Assembly (NCBI GenBank): GCA_000091165.1
Contig: FP565575.1
Coordinates: 210,001-242,000 of the forward strand
Source: Candidatus Methylomirabilis oxygeniifera
Lineage (GTDB): Bacteria > Methylomirabilota > Methylomirabilia > Methylomirabilales > Methylomirabilaceae
Direction: 5' to 3'
Length of the DNA stretch: 32,000 nucleotides
How positions within the stretch are numbered: position 1 is the first letter of the stretch; each line of letters starts with the position of its first letter. The notes under the pieces are model-generated. The model did not search any database and was not told where the DNA came from. It was given only the letters and a program-made list of their open reading frames with translations. A program made the translations under genes and the position numbers. This document shows positions 1 through 6,496 of the stretch, piece after piece.

Positions 1-1
1 C

Positions 2-202
2 ATTGTGGATTTTTACTGCGCCTCAGCCGCACTCGTCATCGAACTTGATGGAGGACAACATTATACGCCGGAGGGTCGTGAGCAGGACCGATGGCGCGAT
101 GCTGACCTGGCGGCGCGTGGGTTGACAGTGTTGAGGTTTTCCGATCGGGACGTGCTGACAAATCTTGAAGGCGTACTAGAAGAGATCTGGCAACATCTCT
201 GA
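2..202 (+). CDS. DUF559 (Vsr-like endonuclease fold) domain protein, C-terminal part; 5' end lies left of the window
   Basis: Frame is open to base 2. Translation DFYCASAALVIELDGGQHYTPEGREQDRWRDADLAARGLTVLRFSDRDVL fits the DUF559 signature (IELDG-x-H ... R-D-x3-L-x3-G-x2-VLRF). Stop TGA at 200-202. Confidence 0.75.
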   Translation: MVDFYCASAALVIELDGGQHYTPEGREQDRWRDADLAARGLTVLRFSDRDVLTNLEGVLEEIWQHL

Positions 203-212
203 GGGAAAGAAG

Positions 213-265
213 CGAAACCCCCTCAATCCCCCTTTACGAAAGGGGGAGACAGAGTAGATGTAGAA
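213..265 (+). repeat. G/C hairpin repeat, module Y (ccccctttacgaaaggggg stem-loop at 228-246) directly 3' of the DUF559 gene
   Basis: Perfect 8-bp stem (ccccctttacgaaaggggg). The same module with the same flanks (gaaaccccct..atccccctttNNNNaaagggggaga..gtagatgta) recurs at 11311-11365 and, reversed, at 5846-5902. Confidence 0.8.
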
Positions 266-333
266 CTCCCGTGTCCAGCAACCCAGGTTATGGGACATGG
301 TCAGCTCTCGGAGGGAGAGAGAAGGACAAAGCA

Positions 334-358
334 ACCCACACGAGTTCCGGAAGAGTCC
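334..358 (+). mobile_element. Solo end resembling the right terminal inverted repeat of the MITE-like elements at 5699-5987 and 11172-11514
   Basis: acccacacgagttccggaagagtcc compared with acccacgcttattccggaagaacc (11491-11514). The shared core is acccac-N5-ttccggaaga. It lies about 130 nt downstream of the DUF559 stop, after module Y. Confidence 0.45.
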
Positions 359-369
359 CGAAATAACGC

Positions 370-1017
370 TCATCGCTTGTGTGTGGCAGCCCCCTTTGCA
401 CGCTTTCGGCGGCTGGGCTTGACCTCCGCTGTTTGGGCGTGCTGCGGCCACCAGAAGGCTGTCGCCGCAAACCAGAGCAGGATCGGGAAGAGACCGAACC
501 CGTTGACGGAAAAGAAGGCGTAGCCCCACTCGTACAGCTTGACTGTAAACGAAGAAGCGGCCTCAGGCATCATGCCGTGCGCCTGCAGCCCTGGATAGAC
601 GGCGGTCCAGCGTAGCTTGATGTACAGGTCGGCAAGATGCAGCATCGACAGCCCCGCCCCACCGGCCAGGCAGATCTTGGCTTTCGTTGCCAGGCCAAGC
701 AGCGGCGTGGCAATGGTCAGGGAGACGAGCAGGATCATGTTGACGTAGGTGGCGTCGTCGAGCACATTGACGGTGGCCATGCCGGCAGACCCATCCGACT
801 TGGTCACTGGTCTGACGATCCAGACCCGCCGATCCCTAGCTTCGAGATGACTGTCCGGCGGAAGCATCCCCGTCGCATGCAGAATGGTCTGCCCGACCGT
901 AGCCATTCCCTGAGCGTACAAAGGGGAGAGGAAACGCCAGACGGCGAGCAGCAGCAACAGCGCAATGGTAAACCATGCGGTGAAACGGCCGATTCTAGCT
1001 CTGAGGGTGGCGAGCAA
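370..1017 (-). CDS. Polytopic membrane protein of unknown function, translationally coupled partner of the exosortase-like gene (start uncertain)
   Basis: Long ORF 370-1125. It overlaps the upstream gene's stop (995-997). In-frame TTG at 1017 precedes the first hydrophobic helix (FTAWFTIALLLLLAVW). At least 4 hydrophobic segments and a basic C-terminal tail. No family recognised. Confidence 0.55.
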   Translation of the reverse strand: MLATLRARIGRFTAWFTIALLLLLAVWRFLSPLYAQGMATVGQTILHATGMLPPDSHLEARDRRVWIVRPVTKSDGSAGMATVNVLDDATYVNMILLVSLTIATPLLGLATKAKICLAGGAGLSMLHLADLYIKLRWTAVYPGLQAHGMMPEAASSFTVKLYEWGYAFFSVNGFGLFPILLWFAATAFWWPQHAQTAEVKPSRRKRAKGAATHKR

Positions 1018-1513
1018 GGGCCCCTGCCCAGAATAGCCAGAGGCCCAGGGCGAAGACGATGAAGAGCGACTGCCAGACATAGATATGCGCGGTGTCAAAG
1101 TACGGGCGAAAGTGGCTTCCGACATAGATCAGGCTGAGCACCCGCATCAGGTTCAGAATATACAGCGCGCCGCTGCCCAGGAGCACGCCCCAGAGACGTT
1201 GTCGCCAGGTCGCCGGATAAGCGAGTATTGCCGACACGAACAGGGCCGTCTCGTAGATGGCGTTGCAATTGTTCTGAATCGCCACCGAGAAGAGGGGGGT
1301 TGTGACCACCTTGTCATGCACCGTGGCCTCCGTCCCGCCGAGCAGCAGAATGGTTCGCGCGAGTTGAGCGATTCCCCTGGTAAAAGGATCGACAAGCTGT
1401 CGGTCCAGACCGTACAGCAGGCCGAACAGGCCCAGGATATACAGGCCAAACAGCAGTGCGCTGCGTCGGATCTGGGCGCGAGGAGATGGTGATTCAACCT
1501 CTGAGGTTTGCAT
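995..1513 (-). CDS. Minimal exosortase/archaeosortase-family protein (about 172 aa)
   Basis: Polytopic. The order of conserved elements fits the exosortase core: ...LGGTEATVHDKVV...VAIQNNCNAIYETALFVSA (Cys motif) ... YILNLMRVLSLIYVG (Arg motif) ... H-IYVWQSLFIVF (His). The size resembles the short XrtF/XrtH-type exosortases. Confidence 0.55.
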   Translation of the reverse strand: MQTSEVESPSPRAQIRRSALLFGLYILGLFGLLYGLDRQLVDPFTRGIAQLARTILLLGGTEATVHDKVVTTPLFSVAIQNNCNAIYETALFVSAILAYPATWRQRLWGVLLGSGALYILNLMRVLSLIYVGSHFRPYFDTAHIYVWQSLFIVFALGLWLFWAGALARHPQS

Positions 1514-1519
1514 AGGTGG

Positions 1520-1549
1520 ATTTTACGGTGATCCTGAATTGTCAGTCAA
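1520..1549 (-). promoter_or_regulatory. Sigma70-like promoter placed for a leaderless transcript of the exosortase-like gene
   Basis: On the minus strand: TTGACT (1549-1544), 18-nt spacer, TAAAAT (1525-1520), 6 nt (ccacct), then ATG (1513). There is no Shine-Dalgarno sequence. Confidence 0.45.
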
Positions 1550-1617
1550 GCAATTTTCATTCTTCAACCTTTAGTCTTTCGCTTAAATACCTGAGCAGCT
1601 CCGCTATGCCGGGCGCC

Positions 1618-1646
1618 TTGACAGCGGCATGGCTTCATGTTACAAA
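1618..1646 (+). promoter_or_regulatory. Sigma70-like promoter for the Tat-signal protein gene
   Basis: TTGACA (1618-1623), 17-nt spacer, TACAAA (1641-1646). Confidence 0.35.
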
Positions 1647-1675
1647 CCTACGGGCGCTACTCAGGTGGATAGCAA

Positions 1676-1745
1676 CTGAAGGCTGAAGGCTGTGAGGGGT
1701 AAAGCGGTGACGATGCGTGAGAACGTATCGCCTTCAGCCTGAACG
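1676..1745 (+). repeat. Heptamer (CTGAAGG/CCTTCAG) repeat hairpin in the 5' leader
   Basis: ctgaaggctgaaggc at 1676-1690. ggctgaaggc (1681-1690) pairs perfectly with gccttcagcc (1730-1739). Same heptamer family as the block at 30881-30955. Confidence 0.7.
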
Positions 1746-1771
1746 CCTCAGTAGTGACGGTGGAGGTTGGT

Positions 1772-2941
1772 ATGGGGTGTTGTATCCATTTGACCAGGCG
1801 GCAGTTTCTGAGCGCGGCAATGACGCTGGCCGCTATAGCGCCGTCGTGGCTGCCGAGGCCGGCCGAGGCCGCCCCTACCCCTGTTCCCGTTCCAAAGACG
1901 TTGGGTCGAACAGATGCCCTGCTGAAGGAGATCATTACGACCTATGCGTCCGTAGAAGACGACCCATGGGTCCTGATGCACGGAGTGAGGGCCTTAGGAT
2001 CGTCCTTTTCGGTAAAGGGAGAACGGGCGGTTGATTTTCTCTGCGCCCGGTTCCTGACGCCTCAGGCGGTGAATGGAAAGAGCTATCCTCAGATGTCCCT
2101 CGACAATCAGGGCCATACCAATACGTTCCTCAAGACCCTCATCGAGGCCGGCATAGGACTTGATCATCGCTTTGCATTGGAAGGCAGGCGCTACACCGTC
2201 GGCGACATCGCCGAGGGGGCGAAGGCCCTCTTTGCATTTGATCCGAAGACCGCCAATCCGGACGACCTGGCCTGGACGTTGATCGCCCTCTCCCGGATCA
2301 TCCCTCCGGATAAGGACACCTGGACGAATGCGGCCGGGCAGCGGATCCGCTTCTCTGACGTGGTCCGTTTTGCCTTCGATACCCTTGATGAGACGACGGC
2401 GCAGTTCAGGCAGGCGAAGGCGAAAGGGGTCATGCCGGATGCCAACGACAAGGTCGTCAATTTTACCTGCGGTGGGACCCACTTGGTCTACGGCCTGACG
2501 ACATGTGTCGGCAATGGGTATCGTGACCACGGGTTTCCGCAACGTCTCAAGACGCACCTGGATCTGATGGCCTGGCGTCTCGAGGCCGATGACCGCCTGA
2601 TCGATCGGTTCTATCGCAATGCTGCTCCCCCCCCGGGGAATCCGAGCGGATGGCAGGCGGTTCACGCTCTGCACCACAATGACGCCAAGATCAAGTTCTA
2701 CGGCCACACATTCGAGATACTCAGTTATGCCGTGCAGCACAAACTGTTTAAGCCGACCTCCACTCAGTCACAGGCGATCGAGCGGGCCGGGACAAGACTA
2801 GCGGGGGCGGCGACGGGTATAAAAGGAGTGGACCTGTTCGAGGTGCGCAAGGCCAGTCGCCGCCTGTTCCACCTGCTGATCGGGGACTCCTGCCATGCCT
2901 ATCACGGTATCCGGATGACGCCCGGCCTCAACCAGGCCTAG
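1772..2941 (+). CDS. Tat-exported protein of unknown function
   Basis: GGAGG at 1762-1766, 5 nt before ATG 1772. N-terminus MGCCIHLTRRQFLSAAMTLAAIAPSW carries a twin-arginine motif (T-R-R-x-F-L) followed by an AEA cleavage-type site. I recognise no domain in the rest. Confidence 0.7.
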   Translation: MGCCIHLTRRQFLSAAMTLAAIAPSWLPRPAEAAPTPVPVPKTLGRTDALLKEIITTYASVEDDPWVLMHGVRALGSSFSVKGERAVDFLCARFLTPQAVNGKSYPQMSLDNQGHTNTFLKTLIEAGIGLDHRFALEGRRYTVGDIAEGAKALFAFDPKTANPDDLAWTLIALSRIIPPDKDTWTNAAGQRIRFSDVVRFAFDTLDETTAQFRQAKAKGVMPDANDKVVNFTCGGTHLVYGLTTCVGNGYRDHGFPQRLKTHLDLMAWRLEADDRLIDRFYRNAAPPPGNPSGWQAVHALHHNDAKIKFYGHTFEILSYAVQHKLFKPTSTQSQAIERAGTRLAGAATGIKGVDLFEVRKASRRLFHLLIGDSCHAYHGIRMTPGLNQA

Positions 2942-2957
2942 GGCGGTGATGATAGAG

Positions 2958-3185
2958 GATACCCCTCTTTGGAAAAGAGGGGCGAGGGGAGATGTTCTCA
3001 ATCGATGTCGATTCATGATTGGAGATCACTGCTGTTTACAATATTCACACTACATCCTTACGGGAACAAGGGAAGTAATGGATTGTATTGATCACTGTAA
3101 AATCCCCCTCCATCCCCCTTTCTCAAAGGGGGAAAATATGGCGAATACCCCTCTTTGGAAAAGAGGGGCGAGGGGAGATTTTCTT
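2958..3185. repeat. Cluster of three G/C hairpin repeats (two of subfamily B, one of subfamily A)
   Basis: Subfamily B: acccctctttggaaaagaggggcgaggggagatNttc at 2961-2997 and 3147-3184, nearly identical, with a third copy at 8054-8094. Subfamily A: atccccctccatccccctttctcaaagggggaaaat at 3101-3137. Confidence 0.85.
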
Positions 3186-3223
3186 AGGGAACTGCCCTTT
3201 TGAGGGATCGAGAAGAGGAGAGC

Positions 3224-3796
3224 ATGGGATTCAAGAACAGTAGCAGGCAACGGATCGTGCGGATGGCAGGATGGCTGCTCGCTGTGGCGGCCGTCGGCGT
3301 CGGATGTGCCGGGCCGTTTACGGCCAGGACGATCGACCGGGAGGCACGGCTGAAAGAGCGGGCCGCCGTATACTGGGAGGCCAGGGTGGCGGGCGATCTG
3401 GTCGAAACCTATCGATTGCACGAGCCGAACTTTCGGAAGAAGGTGACGCTGACCGCCTTTTCGCAGGGCCGTGGGGTGTCCACGGTCTTCGATTACGAGA
3501 TCGCCGCCGTCCGGATCGAGGGGGACAAGGGGTTTGTAACCACCAAGGTCAACTATACCGTGACGCACCCGATGCTGGCCAAGCCGGTCGAGCCGCGCTG
3601 GCGGGATATTGAAGAGCAATGGCGGTGGGTGGATGGCGAGTGGTATCGCCGCTTCCGCTTTCCGATGGGCGATCCCTATCCCGACCAGGCTTGGTGGGAC
3701 CCGCGCGAGACCGGTAAGGTGACCGGCGACGACGCGGCCGTCGGACCGCCGCCTGCTGCAACCCAGGGCCAGACCCCGGCGGAACCGGCGCGGTGA
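3224..3796 (+). CDS. Secreted protein or probable lipoprotein, unknown function
   Basis: GAGGAG lies upstream of ATG 3224. Basic n-region, hydrophobic core WLLAVAAVGVGC with Cys (non-canonical lipobox VGC). Pro/Ala-rich C-terminal tail. Confidence 0.6.
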   Translation: MGFKNSSRQRIVRMAGWLLAVAAVGVGCAGPFTARTIDREARLKERAAVYWEARVAGDLVETYRLHEPNFRKKVTLTAFSQGRGVSTVFDYEIAAVRIEGDKGFVTTKVNYTVTHPMLAKPVEPRWRDIEEQWRWVDGEWYRRFRFPMGDPYPDQAWWDPRETGKVTGDDAAVGPPPAATQGQTPAEPAR

Positions 3797-3838
3797 CGCG
3801 GGCTGAGACTGCCTGCCGTGGCGCGCGCGATTTTTTGC

Positions 3839-3867
3839 TTGACATCATGAGACGGTAGGAGTATAAA
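3839..3867 (+). promoter_or_regulatory. Near-consensus sigma70 promoter of secreted paralog A
   Basis: TTGACA (3839-3844), 17-nt spacer, TATAAA (3862-3867). It lies in the gap after the preceding gene's stop at 3796. Confidence 0.55.
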
Positions 3868-4083
3868 CACCCGGAGTGGTTTTTCTGTGTCCGGCGTGGG
3901 ATCGCGAGGGTGGGGCTGACAGGATCTCATGCGGCAGTCTTCCGGTTGACACGACGAATCGACACGACAAACGGGGGAACAGGCGAAAGGAGGTGGACTC
4001 CGAACAAAGATCCGAGGTCACAGAACGCTTCAGTTTGTTCAACCGTTGTATCGTTCCACACACTTATGTTAGGAGGACAGCAG

Positions 4084-5466
4084 ATGAAGCAATCTAGAAT
4101 TCGTGGAATCCTCGCAGGGGCTGCCGCGGTCGCGTTGATCGGCGGTACGGTTGCCCCCGCCCTGGCGAACACCGAACTGGTGCCTGCCAGCCGCCTGGTT
4201 GCCCCGTTTCTCGACATCAGCTCCGGTCGTGACACCTTTTATATGCTGGTGAACGTCAGCCAGAACGTGAACCTCAATAAGGTCGCCTATCCCATCTCCG
4301 GTACCGTAGATCTCGGTCCGTGGGGCGTCCACCTCGAGCACTATGGTCAGAGCTGCGACAGGGTTGACGAGAGCACGGGCCTGACCCCCGGCGACATCGA
4401 TCAGTTCGACCTCCTGGTGAACTCCGTAGCCCGCACGACGACCGGTTCCGGACAGGCACTCGGAGCGGTGACCCCCAGCGCCACCCAGAGCGGCGTGGCC
4501 GGTCGCGGCTGGACCGATATCGATATCCGGTACGGGTCCGGGACCCTCACCGGCAGCACCAGCATCCAGGCGAACGTCCTGCTTGGAACGGCGATCATCT
4601 CCGATTTCGGGTCTGACTTCGCCTTCGCCTATCCGATGGCGTCGATGATTGGTACATCTACCAGTGGCGGTAACCCCGGCTTCATCGGCGGCAAGATTGT
4701 GCAGCGGAATGCAACGGGCACCGCAACGGCCTGGTTCGGCCGCTATGAGCCGCTGCCCCACCGAGTTTTCGTGCCGATCTACTTCGCTGACGGAACCGAG
4801 AGCGGCAGCGGCGAGACCTTCAACTCATTCCTGGTTGTGGCCGGACCGCCGGATGGCAACTGGGATCGTTCTGATGACGGTGAAGCTCCAGGACAGTCAA
4901 CCGGTAAGGGCCTTGCCGGCCCACCGAACCTGACGCTGAACCTGATCGTCTGGGACGGCTGCGAGCAGAACACCTCATTCAACTACAGCTCACACTTCCT
5001 GAACAACACCTATGCTGCCCTGTTTGGGACGACCACCAACAGGAGCACCTGGAAGACGGCCGTGCCGACCAGTTGTCCGGCCGCTTTCGCCAGCCGCGAC
5101 GAGCTGTCCGGTCAGGCGCTGGGCTGGATCGATATCATCAACTCGGCCAAGGCCTGTGACAATACGGCTAACGGCACGGCTGGTTGTCCCGTCGGCACCG
5201 GCACCGGCGCCGGCACGGGTACCGGCCAGGCGCGCGGTATGGCCGGCATCAACGTCAGCAACGTGGTCAGCTCTTCAGTGAACCTGGGTGACGTGACGCG
5301 GCTGTGGGGTGATGCGTCACCGTGGGGCGTCTCCCCGGCTTCAGGCGATACTGCCACCTGCTACAATGGTGTCGCCTGCCGCTACTCGCTGGTCGACCTG
5401 GTCAGACACGTCGATATCGACCAGACCGGTACGCTTACCAGCTCTAACTCCATCAGCGAGCAATAG
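4084..5466 (+). CDS. Secreted protein, unrecognised family, paralog A (460 aa); candidate major surface protein
   Basis: AGGAGG at 4071-4076, 7 nt before ATG 4084. Sec signal peptide MKQSRIRGILAGAAAVALIGGTVAPALA/NTE. Mature part is rich in G/T/S/N and contains a GTGTGAGTGTG tract. Colinear similarity to 9043-9963. The track ORF 3910-5466 has an in-frame extension with no signal peptide or SD. Confidence 0.8.
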   Translation: MKQSRIRGILAGAAAVALIGGTVAPALANTELVPASRLVAPFLDISSGRDTFYMLVNVSQNVNLNKVAYPISGTVDLGPWGVHLEHYGQSCDRVDESTGLTPGDIDQFDLLVNSVARTTTGSGQALGAVTPSATQSGVAGRGWTDIDIRYGSGTLTGSTSIQANVLLGTAIISDFGSDFAFAYPMASMIGTSTSGGNPGFIGGKIVQRNATGTATAWFGRYEPLPHRVFVPIYFADGTESGSGETFNSFLVVAGPPDGNWDRSDDGEAPGQSTGKGLAGPPNLTLNLIVWDGCEQNTSFNYSSHFLNNTYAALFGTTTNRSTWKTAVPTSCPAAFASRDELSGQALGWIDIINSAKACDNTANGTAGCPVGTGTGAGTGTGQARGMAGINVSNVVSSSVNLGDVTRLWGDASPWGVSPASGDTATCYNGVACRYSLVDLVRHVDIDQTGTLTSSNSISEQ

Positions 5467-5491
5467 TCCTCGCTGTCCTGCTGCTTGAAAA

Positions 5492-5526
5492 GGGGGTCCA
5501 GCTTTCGCTGGACCCCCTTGCTTTTT
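5492..5526 (+). terminator. Rho-independent terminator of paralog A
   Basis: gggggtccagc (5492-5502), tttc loop, gctggaccccc (5507-5517), then ttgcttttt. The 11-bp stem is perfect and GC-rich. It begins 26 nt after the stop. Confidence 0.85.
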
Positions 5527-5636
5527 CAGGTGACCGACTGAAGGTGTTTAGAGGTGGGAACCGAGAATGACTTGAATCCACCAGGGTTCATTCCCAGGCT
5601 GGTCGCGTAGGGTGTCGATAGGGGGCATAGTAAGAT

Positions 5637-5678
5637 CACACAAGGCTTCTAACTGTCTATGGTTAGAAGCCTTGTGTG
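5637..5678. other. Perfect 17-bp inverted repeat with an 8-nt loop
   Basis: cacacaaggcttctaac (5637-5653), tgtctatg, gttagaagccttgtgtg (5662-5678). It does not belong to the G/C hairpin families. Confidence 0.8.
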
Positions 5679-5698
5679 CTTGCGGAAGATATTTTTTC

Positions 5699-5987
5699 GG
5701 TTCTTCCGGAATTAGCGTGGGTGAACCTGTCTGCGTACAGATACGCACACCCTTTCTCCTCTTTGCCAAACATAAACCCCCCTAACCCCCCTTTTTCAAG
5801 GGGGGGACCGCATCTCCCCCTTTAGCAGGGAAGGGGGGACCGCATGCTTGCACTTCTACTTCTTTTCCCCCTTTCGTAAAGGGGGATACAAGGGGGTTTT
5901 TCTCCCCATGGCCCCTTTGGTAAAGGGGGTGTCCCCGTGTCCAGCGCTGAAGACTCGGCCCCTGCCCACGCTAATTCCGGAAGATCC
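5699..5987 (-). mobile_element. MITE-like non-autonomous element, copy 1 (289 bp)
   Basis: 23-bp TIRs ggttcttccggaattagcgtggg (5699-5721) and cccacgctaattccggaagatcc (5965-5987) match at 22/23 positions. Flanked by the direct repeat ATTTTTTC (5691-5698 and 5988-5995). No ORF. The interior is built from G/C hairpin modules (5786-5806, 5867-5885, 5912-5929). Confidence 0.7.
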
Positions 5988-6115
5988 ATTTTTTCTTGAC
6001 CAAAGCGAGATCTTTCTACATCGCCAAAATGAGCGCTTTCGTGATGGCATGTATAACTCATAAGAGGGTAATACGGAAGGTGGGACTTGGCCTGCAAAGC
6101 GAGGCGGTGAGATCG

Positions 6116-6496
6116 TTACGATGACAGGAATCGCCGCACGGCTTCCAGAATGCGCTGAGCATCCGCGACGTCCCGCCTCGCGTCCTCTTCTGTGATGCTG
6201 AGCATGGCCTCATAGTCCCCAGCTTGCCGATTTTCGTAGAGCCTGGTAAGTAGGATGGTGAACTCGCGTGGGAACAGCCCTTGGTGGACGAACGCTTTAT
6301 TGAATCGGCCCAGTACTTGGGCGTGGCTAGAATAGGTCTCGTCTTGTGATAATAGGGCCGCGCTGATCGCGTGGAACGCCGCGTAATAGGCTCTGGATGA
6401 GGCATCTCCCCATGCGCGGCCATGCAGGAGTAATGTGGCTGCCCGTAGTTTCTCTTCGGCGTGGGCAAGCAGGATGGCCGGAGTGTTGGTGGTCAC
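6116..6496 (-). CDS. HEPN domain protein (toxin partner of the MNT nucleotidyltransferase)
   Basis: GTG at 6496 overlaps the MNT stop (GTGA). LLAHAEEKLRAATLL...AYYAAFHAISAALL...RLYENRQAGDYE is typical of HEPN (PF05168-type). The track's N-terminal extension to 6556 is unlikely. Confidence 0.75.
   Translation of the reverse strand: MTTNTPAILLAHAEEKLRAATLLLHGRAWGDASSRAYYAAFHAISAALLSQDETYSSHAQVLGRFNKAFVHQGLFPREFTILLTRLYENRQAGDYEAMLSITEEDARRDVADAQRILEAVRRFLSS

Noticed and set aside
1994-2740. Long antisense ORFs opposite well-supported genes (also 4069-4761, 11869-12495, 17850-18452, 20154-20612, 23232-23849, 24229-24972, 25772-26614)
   Set aside because: Each lies antisense to a CDS with recognisable motifs or signal peptides. 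Their compositions are Arg/Pro/Gly-biased, and they have no SD or family signature.
2946-3203. Small ORFs encoding PLWKRGARGD, IPLCQRGR, SPFRKGGYKG and RICxQTGxPTLIPEEP peptides (also 5548-5769, 5848-6063, 11157-11444, 11257-11580, 11357-11653)
   Set aside because: These are translations of the G/C hairpin repeats and MITE sequences in arbitrary frames. The same peptides appear in different frames and strands at each copy.
3797-3838. Possible terminator after the 3224-3796 gene (GC-rich stretch followed by tttttt at 3831-3836)
   Set aside because: I could not draw a stable stem-loop directly preceding the T-run. The gcgcgcgc stretch is self-complementary but has no loop.
3910-4083. In-frame 58-codon N-terminal extension of paralog A given in the ORF track
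   Set aside because: The extension has no SD. It would bury the signal peptide internally. ATG 4084 has an ideal AGGAGG at -7 and begins a canonical signal peptide.
5571-5596. tRNA T-arm-like sequence ccagggttcattcccagg (related copies at 7098-7112 and 8008-8020)
   Set aside because: The stem has a mismatch, and no acceptor, D or anticodon arms can be built around it. It is a dispersed short repeat (GGGTTCATT core) and not a tRNA gene or clear att site.
5770-5930. Clustered short hairpin repeats considered as a CRISPR array (also 2958-3185 and 11230-11424)
   Set aside because: Repeat units differ in sequence, and their spacing is irregular and very short. Orientation is mixed, and there are no cas genes or leader. 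They are REP/MITE-type repeats.
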